Positions 18,300-32,300 of a DNA stretch of 64,000 bases are shown here, piece after piece. Below the pieces are notes generated by a model. That model was not told the DNA's origin, did not search any database, and saw only the letters and a program-made list of their open reading frames with translations. This DNA comes from the human T2T-CHM13v2.0 reference genome, Homo sapiens. The stretch lies in NCBI RefSeq assembly GCF_009914755.1, contig NC_060947.1, one strand, 5' to 3'. A program made the translations under genes and the position numbers. Numbering within the stretch: the first letter of the stretch is position 1; each line of letters begins with the position of its first letter.

Positions 18300-21200
18300 A
18301 ACTAGTTCAGTTGATGGAGTATTTTATGACCAAGACAATTGTCAAAATCAATAGAACGATCAGTCTGTAATGAGAGGAGCCTAACAAGTGGGTGGTATAT
18401 TAATTGAGGCAGACAGCTTAATATAGAGACCAGAAAAAGAGGCAATTGAGCAGAACCCTGCTACGACTACCACCATCTCAGAGTGACTGTGCACATGCCC
18501 AATGTTGTGACCTCTCAGGAGAGAAAAGAAAGGCTGCAGACTACATGGTAACATACTTCACCAAAATAGCCCAGGCAAACCACAAAACTAATAAAAAGGC
18601 AAAGAACAAGGACCAAAAGAGCCTGGGGGTGGAGGAGACACAGTGAGGAAGAGAGTAAGTAAACACAGTTGCTATATTACATACCTACAATTTAGAATTT
18701 TCAAGAAAAGTGAAAGAAAATTATGCTTAAATAAGTAATAGAAGCTATAATGACAATGTCTCACCAAATACAGAATATCAATAAATAATTAGAATTATAA
18801 CAAAAGAATCAAGTAAAAATTCTAGAGTTAAAATGTATGATTACTGAAATAAAAAATTCACTGGAGAGTCTCAACAATGAGCTTGGCAGAAGAAATAATT
18901 AACAAACTGATATGATTTGGATTTGTGTCTCCACCCAAATCTCATGTCTAATTCTAACCCCAAATGTTAGAGGTGATTGGATCATGAAGGCAGTTTCTCA
19001 TGAATGGTTTAGCACCATTCCCTTAGTGCTGTTCTGCCAATAGTGAGTGAGTTCTCATGAGATCTGATTATTTAAAAGTGTGTGGAACCTTCCCCCTCAC
19101 CCTCTCTTTCTTCTGCTCTGGCCATGTGAAGTGCTGGCTTCCCCTCCACTTTCTGCCATGATTGTTAAGTTTCCTGAGGCCTCCCTAGAAGCCAAGCAGA
19201 TGCTGCCATGATTTCTGTACTGTCTGCAGAACTATGAGCCAACAAATCCTCTTTTCTTTACAAATTATGCAGTCTTGGGAATTTCTTTATAGCAGTGTGA
19301 GAAAGGACTGATATACAAACTCAAAAATAAGTCTATAGAGATTATATAATCTGAAGTACAGAGAAAGACAAAAATGAAGATAATTTAACAGTTTCAGACA
19401 AATGTGAGATGACCTTAAACACACCAACATACACTTTATGGGGGTACCAGAAGAACAGGATAAAGATAAATTAGCAGAAAAAAAATATTTCAAGAAATGG
19501 CTGAAAACTTTCCTAATTTGATTTTAAAAATGTTAATCTATATATCTATGAAAATTACCAAACTTCAAGTAGGTTAAACTCAGAGATCCACACCCAGATG
19601 CACTACAGCAAAAATACCTAATGACGGAGAAGAAAAAATGTAAGAGCAACAAGAGAAAAAATAATTCATGATATACAAGGGAACAATAGTAATATTAATA
19701 GCCATTTTCTCATTGGAAACCTTGGAGACTAGAAAGCAGTCTATTCTAGCAGAGATAACATATTCAAAGTGCTGACAGTAAAAAATTCTCAAACAAGAAT
19801 CTCATGTATAACAAAAATATATCTTCAAAAATAAACACAAAATAAATATATTCCAAGATAAACAAACCCTGACAGATTTCATGGTTAGTAGACCTACCTT
19901 ACAAGTAATATTAGAAGATTTTCAGGTTGAGAGAAAGTGACTACAGATGGAAATTTGAATCCACAGTAAGAAAGAACACAAATAAAAGTTATTATGTCAT
20001 TATAAAAGACTGTATAAATGCAACTTATTATCTTTCTGCTTTTAACTGATTTAAGAAGCACTTGTATAATACAGTATTTATATAAGTGTATTAAGGGTCT
20101 ATGACATATAGAAAGGTGATATATTTGACAATAATAGTACAAAGTACAATAATCATACAAAGCAGGTGTGTGAGCACAATTTTGTACTGAAGTAATAAAA
20201 TGGCAACACATGGTAATTCAGTATCAGAGGAAAAATGAAGAAAACCACAAAGGATTAATAATAAGGTAAGTATGACAAACTATAAGTATTTAATTATTTC
20301 TTTTCTTTTTCAGATTACTTAATAGACATAAAGTTAAATAAAGAATTACCTGTGACAATATATTGCTGTTATATTTAAGTATTCTACATATAATAATAAC
20401 AAAAAGTGGGAAGAAGTTATAGACCTATTTAAGAGTAGTAATTCTATACCTCAGTGGAATTAAATCAGTGTGAAGCTAAAATAGTCTCCAATAAGTTTTA
20501 CATGGTAAGCCCTAGAGCCACTAGTATGAAAACAACTAAAAATATAGTAAAACAAACCATTAAAACAATTTAATTGTTACACTAGAAAATATTCACTTCA
20601 TAGAAAATAAAGGAATAATGGATGTGTAAAAGAAGAGAAAGATATGAGGCATAGAGAAACAAAAAGTAAAATGACAGACATAAATCTAACTATATCAACA
20701 ATGATGTTATATGTGAATGGATTAAGCAATCTAATCATAAGGTAAAGATTCTCAGACTGGATTTAAAAAGTAAAACAATGCTATTATGTGATTTCTACAG
20801 GAAACAAAATGCAAAGTGGCAAAGAGATTAAAAGGAAAAGGTTGGAAAAACATATATTAAGGAAACAACAGTTAAGGGAAAACTTGAGTGGCTTATATCA
20901 AAAAAATTAGACTTCATAAGAAAAAATGTTATTAGGGATAATGAATAATAATGAAATAATCAGTGTTCTGCATAATATAACGATTACAAATATCAGTTCA
21001 CCTAATGATAGAATCTCAAATTCTGTGAAGAAAAAGCTGACTGAATCAAAAGAAGAAATAGATAATTAAACAATGATTTTTAGGGATTGCAATCCTTAAC
21101 TTTAAATAATGGATAGATAACATAGGCCTAGTATAAAAACAGAAAATAGACCTGAACAACATTATACACCAAACAGACCTAACAGACATGTATAGAATAT

Positions 21201-21320
21201 TTCACTCAACAGTAGTAGAATATTTATTTTCTCAAATGCACATAGAACGTTTTCCAGGATATATAATATACTGGGTCATAAAGCAACCCCCAATAAATGT
21301 AAAACAATTGAAATGTTGTA
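18300..21320 (+). mobile_element. Ancient L1M 5'UTR-ORF1-ORF2 (EN) fragment, lacking its 3' portion
   Basis: ORF1-like 'aagaaatggctgaaaactttcctaatttga' and 'gacctaccttacaag'; ORF2 start-like 'atgtgaatggattaagcaatctaatc'. Ends abruptly near 21320 with no polyA. Confidence 0.75.
18908..19315 (+). mobile_element. MSTA/MSTB solo LTR
   Basis: 'tgatatgatttggatttgtgtctccacccaaatctcatg' to 'ttatagcagtgtgagaaaggactgatata'. Perfect 5-bp TSD caaac at 18903-18907 and 19316-19320. Confidence 0.92.
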
Positions 21321-21324
21321 AAAT

Positions 21325-21672
21325 ATTTCTGAGTCTTCTACTCTGTATACCTTTCTTCCGGTCATCACAGATTGAACCCACTGCAAACACCATTAATTCT
21401 AACCTCTATCTCCTCAACTCAACATAACCACAAGGCTTTGCTTGTGTTCTTACTCCTTGAGCTGTGGTCTGGAATGTGCTGGCTCTAAGCAGAAAGGTAG
21501 GCAGTGATAATAGTATACTCATTAGTTGCCCTTTACTGAGGCATGACAGTCCTGTGCTGCCTCTGTCCAAATGGAAAACAATTTTAAATACAGTATTTTG
21601 TTCATTTTCCTATTTTTTTATGGTGAACTAGTAAGTTTAGTCCTCATTATTCTATCGCAGCTAGAAGTGGAA
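21325..21672 (-). mobile_element. L1M 5' end fragment
   Basis: Resembles the reverse of an old L1M 5' terminus ('gacagtcctgtgctgcctctgtccaa...ttattctatcgcagctagaagtggaa'). Confidence 0.55.
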
Positions 21673-21679
21673 CTATTTT

Positions 21680-22025
21680 AACCATATTTTTGTTATATTT
21701 TTGCTTTCATAACATTTTGAATGTTTATGCAGTTAAATGGCTACATTTTCCTTTATAATTTGTGCTTTATCACTCTTCTTAAAGGAAGTATCCCCTATCC
21801 AGAGACCAGAAAGTATTTTTCTACATAAATATCAAGTGTGTTGAAGATTTTGTTTTACATGGTCAGGTTTTTTAATCTATATAGAATTTCATTTTTTTTC
21901 CCATTTGGTGCAATCTAGAGATCTAATATTATACATTCCTATAAAGAAAGAATAATTATTCCCAAACTTAGTAATGAATTATCCTTTCTTTTCCACTAAG
22001 TTTTCATGCCACTTCTATCAACTAC
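21680..22025 (-). mobile_element. Very old L1ME-type ORF2 fragment
   Basis: T-rich, with weak similarity to reverse L1 ORF2 ('ttttacatggtcaggttttttaatctatatagaattt', 'catgccacttctatca'). Confidence 0.45.
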
Positions 22026-22789
22026 TTTTTAAGTAAAGAGAGTAATATAAGCTCAAAAAGAAAGAAGGAAGGAAAAAGGAAGACCAAAACATAAAAAATA
22101 CTGAAGCAAAATTCTTTTTTAGACTTTTTCCAAACTTCCAATAATATAGCACAGAAATAAACACTCATAAAATTATTCCCTATGTTTCTAAAAAATTTCT
22201 ATGTATACTTTAGTGTTACTTTAGGAACAAATTACATAATTCTTTGTTAGGGCATATAGTATATCTTGCTTCTGTGATCTAAATTAATTTTTGACCTAAT
22301 CTAAGGAAATAATAACTATGAAGTATTTGTTTTTTAATTTTAAGAGATTTATATAGTTTCCTTACTTAATCATTTCTTCCAATTGTGCACAAATTGCCCA
22401 TGTCTTTGATAGAACATTGCTTGTTTATTTGAGGAACCCATGTTTCTGAAGCTGCAGAAAATCTCGTATCAGATGGAAACGGGATTAATTATCCTTTATT
22501 ACAATTAATTCTGAGTATTTGAGGTTGTATGTTAAAATGGGAAATTATGAAATTTTCTTTGTCCATGACAATCCCATTCTGCAATCCAACAGATTATAGA
22601 AGGATATTCTGATTTCATTCCATCAGACTCCTTACCAACATCTGAGCTTTCTAACCAATGAAAAGCAGTTGCAAAGCTTTGGGATATCTTGTCCCAGCTT
22701 TGTCTGAAGCTTAATTGTATATCTATGTATTCCACATTTGCCATTCATTGTTTCACTGTCTAAGATCAAATTATTTTTTACTAATCATT

Positions 22790-22930
22790 ACTTACAGTAG
22801 ACATTATATAAAAATTGAGAGGCTAATTAACCTGTTCAAAGTTATACAGTCACATAAATGGTAAGAGCCAAAATTTGAACCAAGAATATCAGATTTTGTA
22901 CATAATTATTTTTTACCACACCATAATAAC
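22790..22930 (+). mobile_element. MIR fragment
   Basis: MIR core-like 'aaaattgagaggctaattaacctgttcaaagttatacagtc...aaatggtaagagccaaaatttgaaccaag'. Strand uncertain. Confidence 0.6.
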
Positions 22931-23774
22931 TTAATCAGTCTTACCCCATGTAACATTTGGTATATTGTTTTCTACATATTGTATTGTCAAATAGGTTTGA
23001 CTTAAGAATAATGTTTAAAAATGAAACATAGAGAAGTGTTCATAACAATATTCCCTTTGGGTGATGGGTTTTGAATGAGGATTTATATTAATATAGTCAC
23101 ACCAATTGAATGATGATGTATATATAGATAAGACAGGTGAATTGGATATGAACCAGATTCTTATTAGGAAAAATATTTTTCACCATACATATAACTGCCA
23201 AAGGCACATCTAAGCAGTATTCAAGTTACATGCTACATTGAAAATATTTTGGAGTTAAAAAATCTATTAAACAAATTGATACTATGATTATTTTGAAAGT
23301 TTTCTGTGTGACGTTCAACTTTATAACATGTTCTATCTCAGATCTTTAATATTTTCTTGAATTTTAATGTTCTATATTTTCTCATCTAGAACAAAGTGAG
23401 AAAATGCATTTCAAAGGAAAAAAATGGAATAGTCCACTTGAGAAAGGAAACAATGAGGCTCATTTGATGTGAGTGCTTTTTAAAAGAGAAGTCAGTGCCT
23501 CACATGATTTATTTATTTCTAACTATAACAGAAATGACTTAATTTTAATCAGTTAAAATATCTGTTTCAAATGAGATTCAGCCCTTGGGGCAATAATGTC
23601 TGAATTCATGACTAGCTATTCTGAAAATAATATAAAGAATTTTACTCCCTTCAGAATTTTCAAAAAGTTGATGCAAAAAATATTAAAGTCACACACATAT
23701 TTACAAATAATGTTATTGATAAAATAATTGTTAATCATTTTTCACATATGATCTTTACATAATTTTAAAAACTA

Positions 23775-23935
23775 CTGCTTATTGAGCATTCACTATTTGC
23801 TAGGCAATGTGCAAATTGTTTTACAGACATTACCTTTACTAAGTTTAAATAACTTGCCCAGGGATACATATTTAGTAGGTGACAAACATAGGCTTTGAAT
23901 TGCAGTTTGTGAGACTCCAAAATGCATATTCTGCT
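23775..23935. mobile_element. MIR fragment
   Basis: 'ttattgagcattcactatttgctaggc...aagtttaaataacttgcccaggga...gactccaaa'. Confidence 0.6.
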
Positions 23936-24431
23936 ATATAAACAAATATAATGTATGGCAGTTGATTGTCAATGTCATATTTGTATTTTAAAAAGTCAAC
24001 TTAGAAAGTATGGATTTTTCTGACATCATTAATTCAGAAATTTTACATGAACCACTCCAATGTTTTCCACTCTTGCTTACATAGATGAATGATAATGTTT
24101 CAATATATATATTTTAAAAAACATGCAAGTACTTATGGAGAAAGTGCTTTATAAAAAGGAGGAAGAATCTATACATTAGAAAGAAAGATAATAACATCTG
24201 AAAGGTGGTGTGTGAATCTTATATCAATATGAAGACTAGGACACTTGACAATTTCTGCTACACTTTACAGCTTTGCCACTAGCTACTGTCAAACTAGCTC
24301 TTAATACAGTCAGACGAAATTCAGTTATTTCTATCATGCAGCTTCTTCATTGAGTGACTAAAATATTAAAAAATATTAATTGCATATTTGTATAGCAAAA
24401 ATAATATCTTAAAATGTTACCACTTAGATTA

Positions 24432-24785
<354 letters not shown>

Positions 24786-25355
24786 TTAATGATTATTTAG
24801 GAGAAACTTAGTAAAGCAGAATCTGTAGTGTTTAACCTTTTTCCCCTTTAATTTACTAGAGTATATATGTATTTTGGCTGTCAAGTCACTAGAACACTGA
24901 ATTTAGTTGCAATTCTGTGATATTGTTCCTACCCCATAAAAATTAAATTAATATGCAAATAGATAAAGGAGTAGAAGTAATGCAGCAAGCTAGGTTTTTT
25001 TTTTTTTAATGTTTGTTTCCCTCATCTTTTATCACCTCCAGTTTTCAGTTGGGGTTATTCTAAATATCCTTTTAGTTCAATTAGAAATTCATTGAGAATG
25101 TTTCACTTTTCTTTCTTTTTTCCTTTTTTTTCCATTTATGTTATCATATTACTTCCTTGAACTGGAACTAGAACACAGTCCTCTTCAACTCAACTCACAA
25201 AATTCTAGTCACTCTTCATGATGTGTTTCAAATGTCACTTCTTTTAAGAAGCTTCTTTTGAATTTCCCAATAGGATTTGATTTTCTTTTTCCTTTGTATT
25301 TCTATAGCTCTTAATTCCTATTCTAGTGTCAAGAACTTTGAGAATGAGACCACAT

Positions 25356-26013
25356 TGAGAGGTGAAGCTGGCTGGGCGTCTGGGTCAGGTGGGGACTTGG
25401 AGAAATTTTCTGTCTAGCTAAAGGATTGTAAATGCACCAATCAGCGCTCTGTAAAATGGACCAATCAGCAGGGTTCCCTTCCACATTGTGGAAGCTTTGT
25501 TCTTTTGCTCTTCACAATAAATCTTGCTGCTACTCACTCTTTGGGTCCACACTACCTTTACAAGCTGTAACACTCACCGCGAAGGTCTGCAGCTTCACTC
25601 CTGAAGCCAGCGAGACCACGAACCCACTGGGAAGAACGAACACCTCCGGATGGGAGGAACGAACAACTCCGGATGCACCACCTTTAAGAGCTGTAACACT
25701 CACTGGGAAGGTCTGCAGCTTCACTCCTGAAGCCAGCGAGACCACGAACCCACTGGGAGGAATGAACAAATCTGGACGCACCACCTTTAAGAGCTGTAAC
25801 ACTCACTGCAAAGGTCTGCGGCTTCACTCCTGAAGTCAGCAAGACCATGAACCGACCAGAAGGAAGAAACTCCAGACACATCTGAACATCTGAAGGAAAA
25901 AACTCTGGACACACCATCTTTAAGAACTGTAACACTCACCGTGAGGGTCTGCGGCTTTATTCTTCAAGTCAGCGAGACCAAGAACCCACCAGAAGGAACC
26001 CATTCTGGACACA
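25356..26013 (+). mobile_element. LTR12 (ERV9) solo LTR
   Basis: Starts 'tgagaggtgaagctggctgggc'. Contains 'gtctagctaaaggattgtaaatgcaccaatcagc' and the AATAAA polyA signal at ~25516. Ends 'ttctggacaca'. 4-bp flanks acat/atat. Confidence 0.93.
25562..26013 (+). repeat. Four tandem U5 repeat units of LTR12
   Basis: 'ctgtaacactcac..gaaggtctgc.gcttcactcctgaag.cagc.agacca' recurs at ~25565, ~25691, ~25794 and ~25927. Confidence 0.9.
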
Positions 26014-26314
26014 ATATCAGGTGTGAAAATTCATGGGGTGGGTTTTTAAAACTGTTACACAAACTAATGTGTCCTTTGTATGTAGTCCTTGGATTGTTTT
26101 TGTTTGTTTGTTCATTTGTTTGTTTTACTTAAACAACAGGCTTAATTTTTAGAGCTGATCTAAATATTCTAGAATTAAAAGCAAGCTTATCCTACTTAGT
26201 ATGTTTGCTAACAATTAGCATTTGCAGTAGTATCTGTTATAGCATTGTAACAGGACTAACTTCCTATAAGCTATTTTAGAAATATTAAGTGTTTTTTATA
26301 AGTGAAGTCTATTA

Positions 26315-26800
26315 TGTCAGCAGCTACTAGCACACTCCTAATATTTATTCTCCCCTTCTCAGTTTTAGTAATAAACACCCCATCAAGTTTTAGCAACACA
26401 TGTTTATTTATCTAGAGACTACAATTCTAAGCTCCCTTTGCAGCTTAATACAGCTATATGACTAGATTTTCATCAATGTTATATGAGCCAAAATGATATG
26501 CTTACTGCCATGTCACATTCCTAAAGGAAAATTCTTTGTCCCTTAACTTCCTCTCATGCCTCTCATGCCTCCTTTCTATGGTTAGCTGTTGAGCAAGACC
26601 TCAAATGCTACAGACAATGATAATACTTGGTATATGGCAGAACAACAATACAGAAGGAATCTAGCTGTCTACGTAATGTTGTGGCTCAGAAACACTTACC
26701 TACCCTGGAACATGACTTAGCTATGAAGAGAGAGATGAGAGAAAAATAAACTCTGTTTTATATTGGGGGTTCTTCATTATAACAGTTCAGCTTTGGGTAC
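26315..26800 (+). mobile_element. MLT1J-like old MaLR LTR
   Basis: 'attctccccttc...agtaataaacaccc...agactacaattctaagctccctttgcagct...ctatatgactag'. Confidence 0.6.
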
Positions 26801-27085
26801 AGATCATATCTAATGTGATATTCACTTTTATCAGGATCACCTGTGCTTTATTTCAACTTTATTGAATAAGATTCTTCATCAATGAATTTAAGAAATCTTC
26901 ATTTCTATATGATCCTTACACACTCTAAGTTTGAGAACCATTAGTACAGTGTCTAAGAGCATGAGTTTGGAGAGAGATGTAGTTGAGTTTAAAACATAGC
27001 TTTGTCATTAGCTGTATGTCCCTGCCAATCCCCTACTCTTAGTTTTTAATTCCTGCCTGTTATTTAACTACGTTTCCCAAATGTT

Positions 27086-29343
27086 AGTAAATAGTTCGTT
27101 TTCATGCTGCTGACAAAGACATACCTGAGACTGGGAAGAAAAAGAGGTTTAATTGGACTTACAGTTCCACATGGCTGGGGAGGCCTCAGACTCATGGCAG
27201 GAGGCAAAATGCACTTCCTACATGGTGGCAGCAGGAGAAAAATGAGGAAGAAGCAAAAGCGGAAACCCCCGATAAACCCATCAGATCTCTTGAGGCTTAT
27301 TCACCATCATGAAAATAGCACAGGTAAGACCAGCCCCCATGATTCAATTACCTCCCATTGGGTCCTTTCCACAACATATGGGAATTCTGGGAGATACAAT
27401 TCAAGTAGAGATTTGGGTGGGGACACAGCCCAGCCATATCATTCTGCCCCTGGCCCCTCCAAATCTCATGTCCTCACATTTCAAAACCAATCATGCCTTC
27501 CCAACAGTCCCCCAAAGTCTTAACTAATTTCAGCTTTAACCCAAAAGTCCACAGTCCAAAGTCTCACCCGAGATGATGCAAGTCCCTCCTGCCTATGAAC
27601 TTGTAAAATCAAAAGCAAGCTAATTACTTCCTAAATACAATGGGAGTACAGGTATTGCATAAATGCAGCTGTTCCAAATGGGAGAAATTGGCCAAAATAA
27701 AGGGGTTACAGGGCCTATGCAAGTGTGAAATACAGTGGGGAAGTCGAATTTTAAAGCTCCACGATGATCTCCTTTGACTCCAGGTCTCACATCCAGATCA
27801 TGCTGATGCAAGATGGTTTTGGGCAGCTCTGCCTCTGTGGCTTTGCAGGGTACAGCCTCCCTCCCAGCTGCTTTCATGGGCTGGCATTGAGTGCCTCCAG
27901 CTTTTGTCAGTGGATCTACACTTCTGGGGTCTGGAGGACAGTGGCCCTCTTCTCACAGCTCCACTAGGCAGTACCCCAGTAGGGACTCTCTGTGGAGGCT
28001 CTGACCCCACATTTCCCTTCTGCACTACCCTAGCAGAGTTTCTCCATGAGGGCCCCGCCCTTGCAGCAAACTTTTGCATCCAGGCATTTCCATACATCGT
28101 CTGAAATCTAGGTGAAGGTTCACAAGTCTTAATTCTTGACTATGTGCACCCACAGGCTCAATGCCATGTGGAAGCTTCCAAGGCTTGGGGCCTCCACCTT
28201 CTGGAGCCACAGCACGAGCTCTGCATTGGCCCCTTTCAGCCATAGATGGACAGGCTGAGACATAGGGCACCAAGTCCCAAGGCTGCACACAGCATGGGAA
28301 CCATGGGCCTGGCACACGAAATCACTTTTTCCTTCTGGGCCTCTGGGCTTGTGATGGGAGGGGTTGCCATGAAGACCTTTGACATGCTCTGGAGATATTT
28401 TCCCCATGGTTTGGGGTATTAACATTAGGCTCCTTGCTACATATGCACATCTCTGTAGCTGGCTTGAATTTCTTCACAGAAAATGGGTTTTTCTTTTCTA
28501 TCGCATAGTCAGGCTGCAAATTTTCCAAACTTTTTTGCTCTACTCTCCTTATAAAACTGAATGCCTTTAACAGCATCCAAGCTACCTCTTGAATGCTTTG
28601 CTGCTTAGAAATTTCTTCTGCCAGATACCCTAAATCATCTCTCTCAAGTTAAAAGTTCCATGAATCTCTAGGGCAGGGGCAAAATGCCACCAGTCTCTTT
28701 TCTAAAACATAACAAGAGTCGCCTTTGCTCCAATTCCCAATAAGTTCCTCATCTCCATCTGAGATCACCTCAGCCTAGACTACATTGTCCATATAATTAT
28801 CAGTATTTTTGTCAAAGCCATTCGACATATGTCTAGGAGGTTCCAAACTTTCCCACATTTTCCTGTCTGCTTCTGAGCCCTCCAAACTGTTCCAACCTCT
28901 GCCTGTTATGCAGTTCCAAAGTCACTTCCACATTTTCAGGTATCTTTTCAGCAATGCCCCTCTCTACTGGTACCAGTTTACTCTATTTAGTCCATTTTTA
29001 TGCTGCTGATAAAGACATGAGTACCTCAAGACAGGGAAGAAAAAGTGGTTTAATTGGACTTATTGTTCCACATGGCTGGGGAGGCCTCAGAATTATGGTG
29101 GGAGGCAAAAGGCACTTCTTACATGGTGACAGCAAGAGAAAAAGTGAGGAAGAAGCAAAAGTGGAAAACCCTGATAAACCCATCAGAGCTCATGAGACTT
29201 ATTCACTATCACAAAAATAGCATGGAAAAGACTGGCCCCCATGATTTAATTACCTCCCTTTGGGTCCTTCCCATAACACATGGGAATTCTGGGAGATACA
29301 ATTCAAGTTGAGATTTGGGTGGGGACCCAGCCACACCATATGA
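27086..29343 (-). mobile_element. Full-length THE1 (THE1C-like) provirus: 5'LTR 28982-29343, internal 27442-28981, 3'LTR 27086-27441
   Basis: Two ~360-bp direct repeats ('catgctgctga.aaagacat...ggaagaaaaag.ggtttaattggactta'). PPT revcomp 'ttctgcccctggcccctcc' next to the 3' LTR. Internal ORF remnant 'LLKAFSF..EQKSLENLQPD'. Confidence 0.95.
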
Positions 29344-32300
29344 ATAGTTAGATAGATGTTTATCCCCTTGTGATCCCAGGCATGGAAAGCCCTCTTGGTG
29401 AGTGTTTTCACCTTGACACCCCATTATATATGTAAAATTTTCTACTTGGCAGCTTTTTAAACTCTTTTTCTCTCCATTTTGTTCTTCTCACATGGCAGCC
29501 TCATGTACTAAGGAAATGTAATATTTTCTTTTGTTTTGTTTAAATGTGCTATGTAGGTTATCTGCATCTCCTTCACAGCTTGTGAAGAGTGCTGGTGTCT
29601 GACTATACAAAAGATATTCACATATGAAATTCTGGGGTGTAGAATTCCAGCTCAAGATGACTGACTACAGACATCAGATACTTGCCCCCTCCAGAAAAGA
29701 GAAATCAAATTATACACATTAAATAGTACATCCAGGAGAGAACAATAGAGTCCAACAGAGAAGTCACAGGAAACACCCAGAGGCACAGAAGAAGAGAGCA
29801 AGTGTCCAGCTTCTCTGAGTTTGGCTGAGATTATGGAGAAAGGGCAGATGAGAGAATTTCTGTGGCCCATATCTGCTGCACCACCAACTACTGCAGTCTG
29901 AACAATGGGAGACCTCCTCTACCTGTACTTTGGCACTGGAATGGGCAGTGATCTGGAGACCCAAAGAGCAAAGTGCACCAGACAGGGAATTAGCACTGGA
30001 TCACTCAGACCCCTAAGACCTAAGTGTCTGCAACAGAGCGCCATTGTGAGAGCACAGCCAACACTGCTGCATCCTGTCCTGGGAACCACAGCCCCCATAT
30101 CCACACATACTGGGAAGCACAATTGGTATGCCAAAGTGTCCATCCAGAGGACTATAGTGGCACAGCACTGGCTGGACTGAAAAGTGCTGTGGGGTACCCA
30201 GTACTCCAGACCACAAGGAGTACTATTTCTTGGGAAAAGGTTCATACAGCACACCAAAAATGTGGCTCTGGGATAAAGAAAACCAAAGCACAAGCTTACC
30301 AGATCCCAAGAGCCTCCTGTCCGGAATTGTGAAAAATTACTCTGCTCCCAGCGGTGGCACATACACTGTTCTTGGCCTTGCAAATGGGGAGTAAGATCCC
30401 CTCCCACAGGCAAAGAGGCCACTGTTCTTGGACTCATGAATAGTGAGCAAGACCCCTACTCTACTTTCCCTCCAAACACCACTGCAGGTGCTGCTGCTGT
30501 TGCTGCCACCAGCAGCTAGGGTGGTTAGGCTGAAGGGCTGTCTGTTTGGGGTTGTTAATGGCTACCACTGGCAGTGTGGCCTCCATGCTTGGGTTCATGC
30601 ACAAAGGGAATAGTCCCTCTCCTCCATGCAATACTACAGTGCTACTGCCACTGAGAGTGGGTGAGCTCAATAGCTGCATGTCTGGGGTTGTGAGTGGTGA
30701 CCACAAATAGCAGTCACTGTCAACATTAGTGTGCATAACTCAGAACCCAGACGGTTGTCCTCCCACTGCTGCTGCCATCACCCACACCACGCTACCTGCT
30801 GAGAGACCTGAGAAATTGCTTAACCACTCAGCTTACTGCTACCACTACTAGAACCTGAGCAAGCTACGTGGAGGCCCAGGAGTTGGCCTGCTTGGTCATG
30901 ACAACACTGGTTCCAGCATATGCCACCCTGGAGCCCAAGAACAGGCATGCTTAGTTCACCACTGCAACTACGGGGGCAAAAAAAAAAAAAAAAAAATAGT
31001 CCACATAGGTATATCTGTCCCCAGCAAAATTTCACCATAGCCTGCACTAATAACCACACATTAATGACTGGGGAAAAATAGATACCACTGATACTGTTCA
31101 CAGCTGAAGAAACAATACAGAGAATACACTATTGCACACACTCAAAATCAAATACAAAGGGCCCTACACAATAAACACCACTGCTATATCTTCACGTAAA
31201 AGTCCTTGTCTATGAAAGCAAATTAAAAAAAAACGGAAGCATTGACTATTACACCAGATGCACAGATAACAATGTAACAACAGAGAAAACATAGTAAAGC
31301 AAGGATATACAACACTTCCAAATAAGCACAATAATTATTCAGAAACAGATTCCAATAAAAAATAAAATCACAAAATCCAGGAAAAAAAATCAAATATCAT
31401 AAAAAAGAACTAAACAGAAATTCTGGAAATGAAGACCTCTTTGAATGAAATAGATAATATACTCCTAACTTTCAACAATAGACTAAATCAAACAGAAGAA
31501 AAAATTTCAGAAGTGGAAGACCAGTAATTTGAAATCACCAAGTCAGATAGAAATAAATAAAAAAGAAAGGTCAAAACCTTTGTGATACATGGGACACCAT
31601 AAAGTGAACAAATACATGAGTTATTGAAACCCTAGAAGACAATGAGAGAACAAAAGAAGAGTTGAAAACCCTATTTAATGAGATAATAGATGAAAACTTT
31701 TCAAGTCTAGCAAGATATTTAGACTCCCAGATTCAGGAGGCCTAGTGATCCCCAAACATATATAAAGCAAAAAGGTCTGCTCCATGGCACTTTACAAATT
31801 ATCTAAAGTCAATGACAAGGGAAATTCTAAAAACAGCAAGCAAAAATCATCTAGTCATCAATAAAGAAGCCCCCATCAGACTAACAGCAGACAACTCAGT
31901 AGAAAACTTACAGGCCAGGAGAGAATGGTAAGATATATTTAAAGTGCTGAAAGAAATAAAATGTCCCTCAAGAATACTATTTTCAGCAAACTTATTCTAC
32001 ATTAATAAAGGAGAAATAGTCTTTACAACATAACCAAATACTGAGGAATTTTATTACCACTGAACTTGTCCTAAAAGAAATGCTCAAGGGAATTCTAAAC
32101 CTGCAAGAGAAAGGAGGGCATTTGCCATTAGGAAAACAAATGAAAATATAAAACTCACTGGTAAAGCAAACATACAAATGAGGATGACAAAAGATCCAAA
32201 TGGTACTAATACAAAATTCAGAAAACCAAAAGGAGAATAAACAAAAGAAAAAGAGATAATAAACACACAAAACAATCGGAAAGCAATTAACAATATGATA

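Noticed and set aside
22532-22744. 70-aa ORF in apparently unique sequence with a gtaagg donor-like site on the minus strand
   Set aside because: No recognisable protein similarity and no clear acceptor; the length is compatible with chance.
25432-26132. Repeat-containing ORFs and a repeat-spacer-like array
   Set aside because: LTR12 U5 tandem units, not CRISPR: the DNA is eukaryotic, the intervening sequences are homologous, and there are no cas genes.
27104-29424. Dense overlapping ORFs
   Set aside because: Reads through THE1 LTRs and the decayed THE1 internal ORF.
29652-31101. GC-richer block with ORFs up to 172 aa, possible promoter or exon
   Set aside because: It is the 5'UTR of the L1, directly followed by ORF1 remnants.
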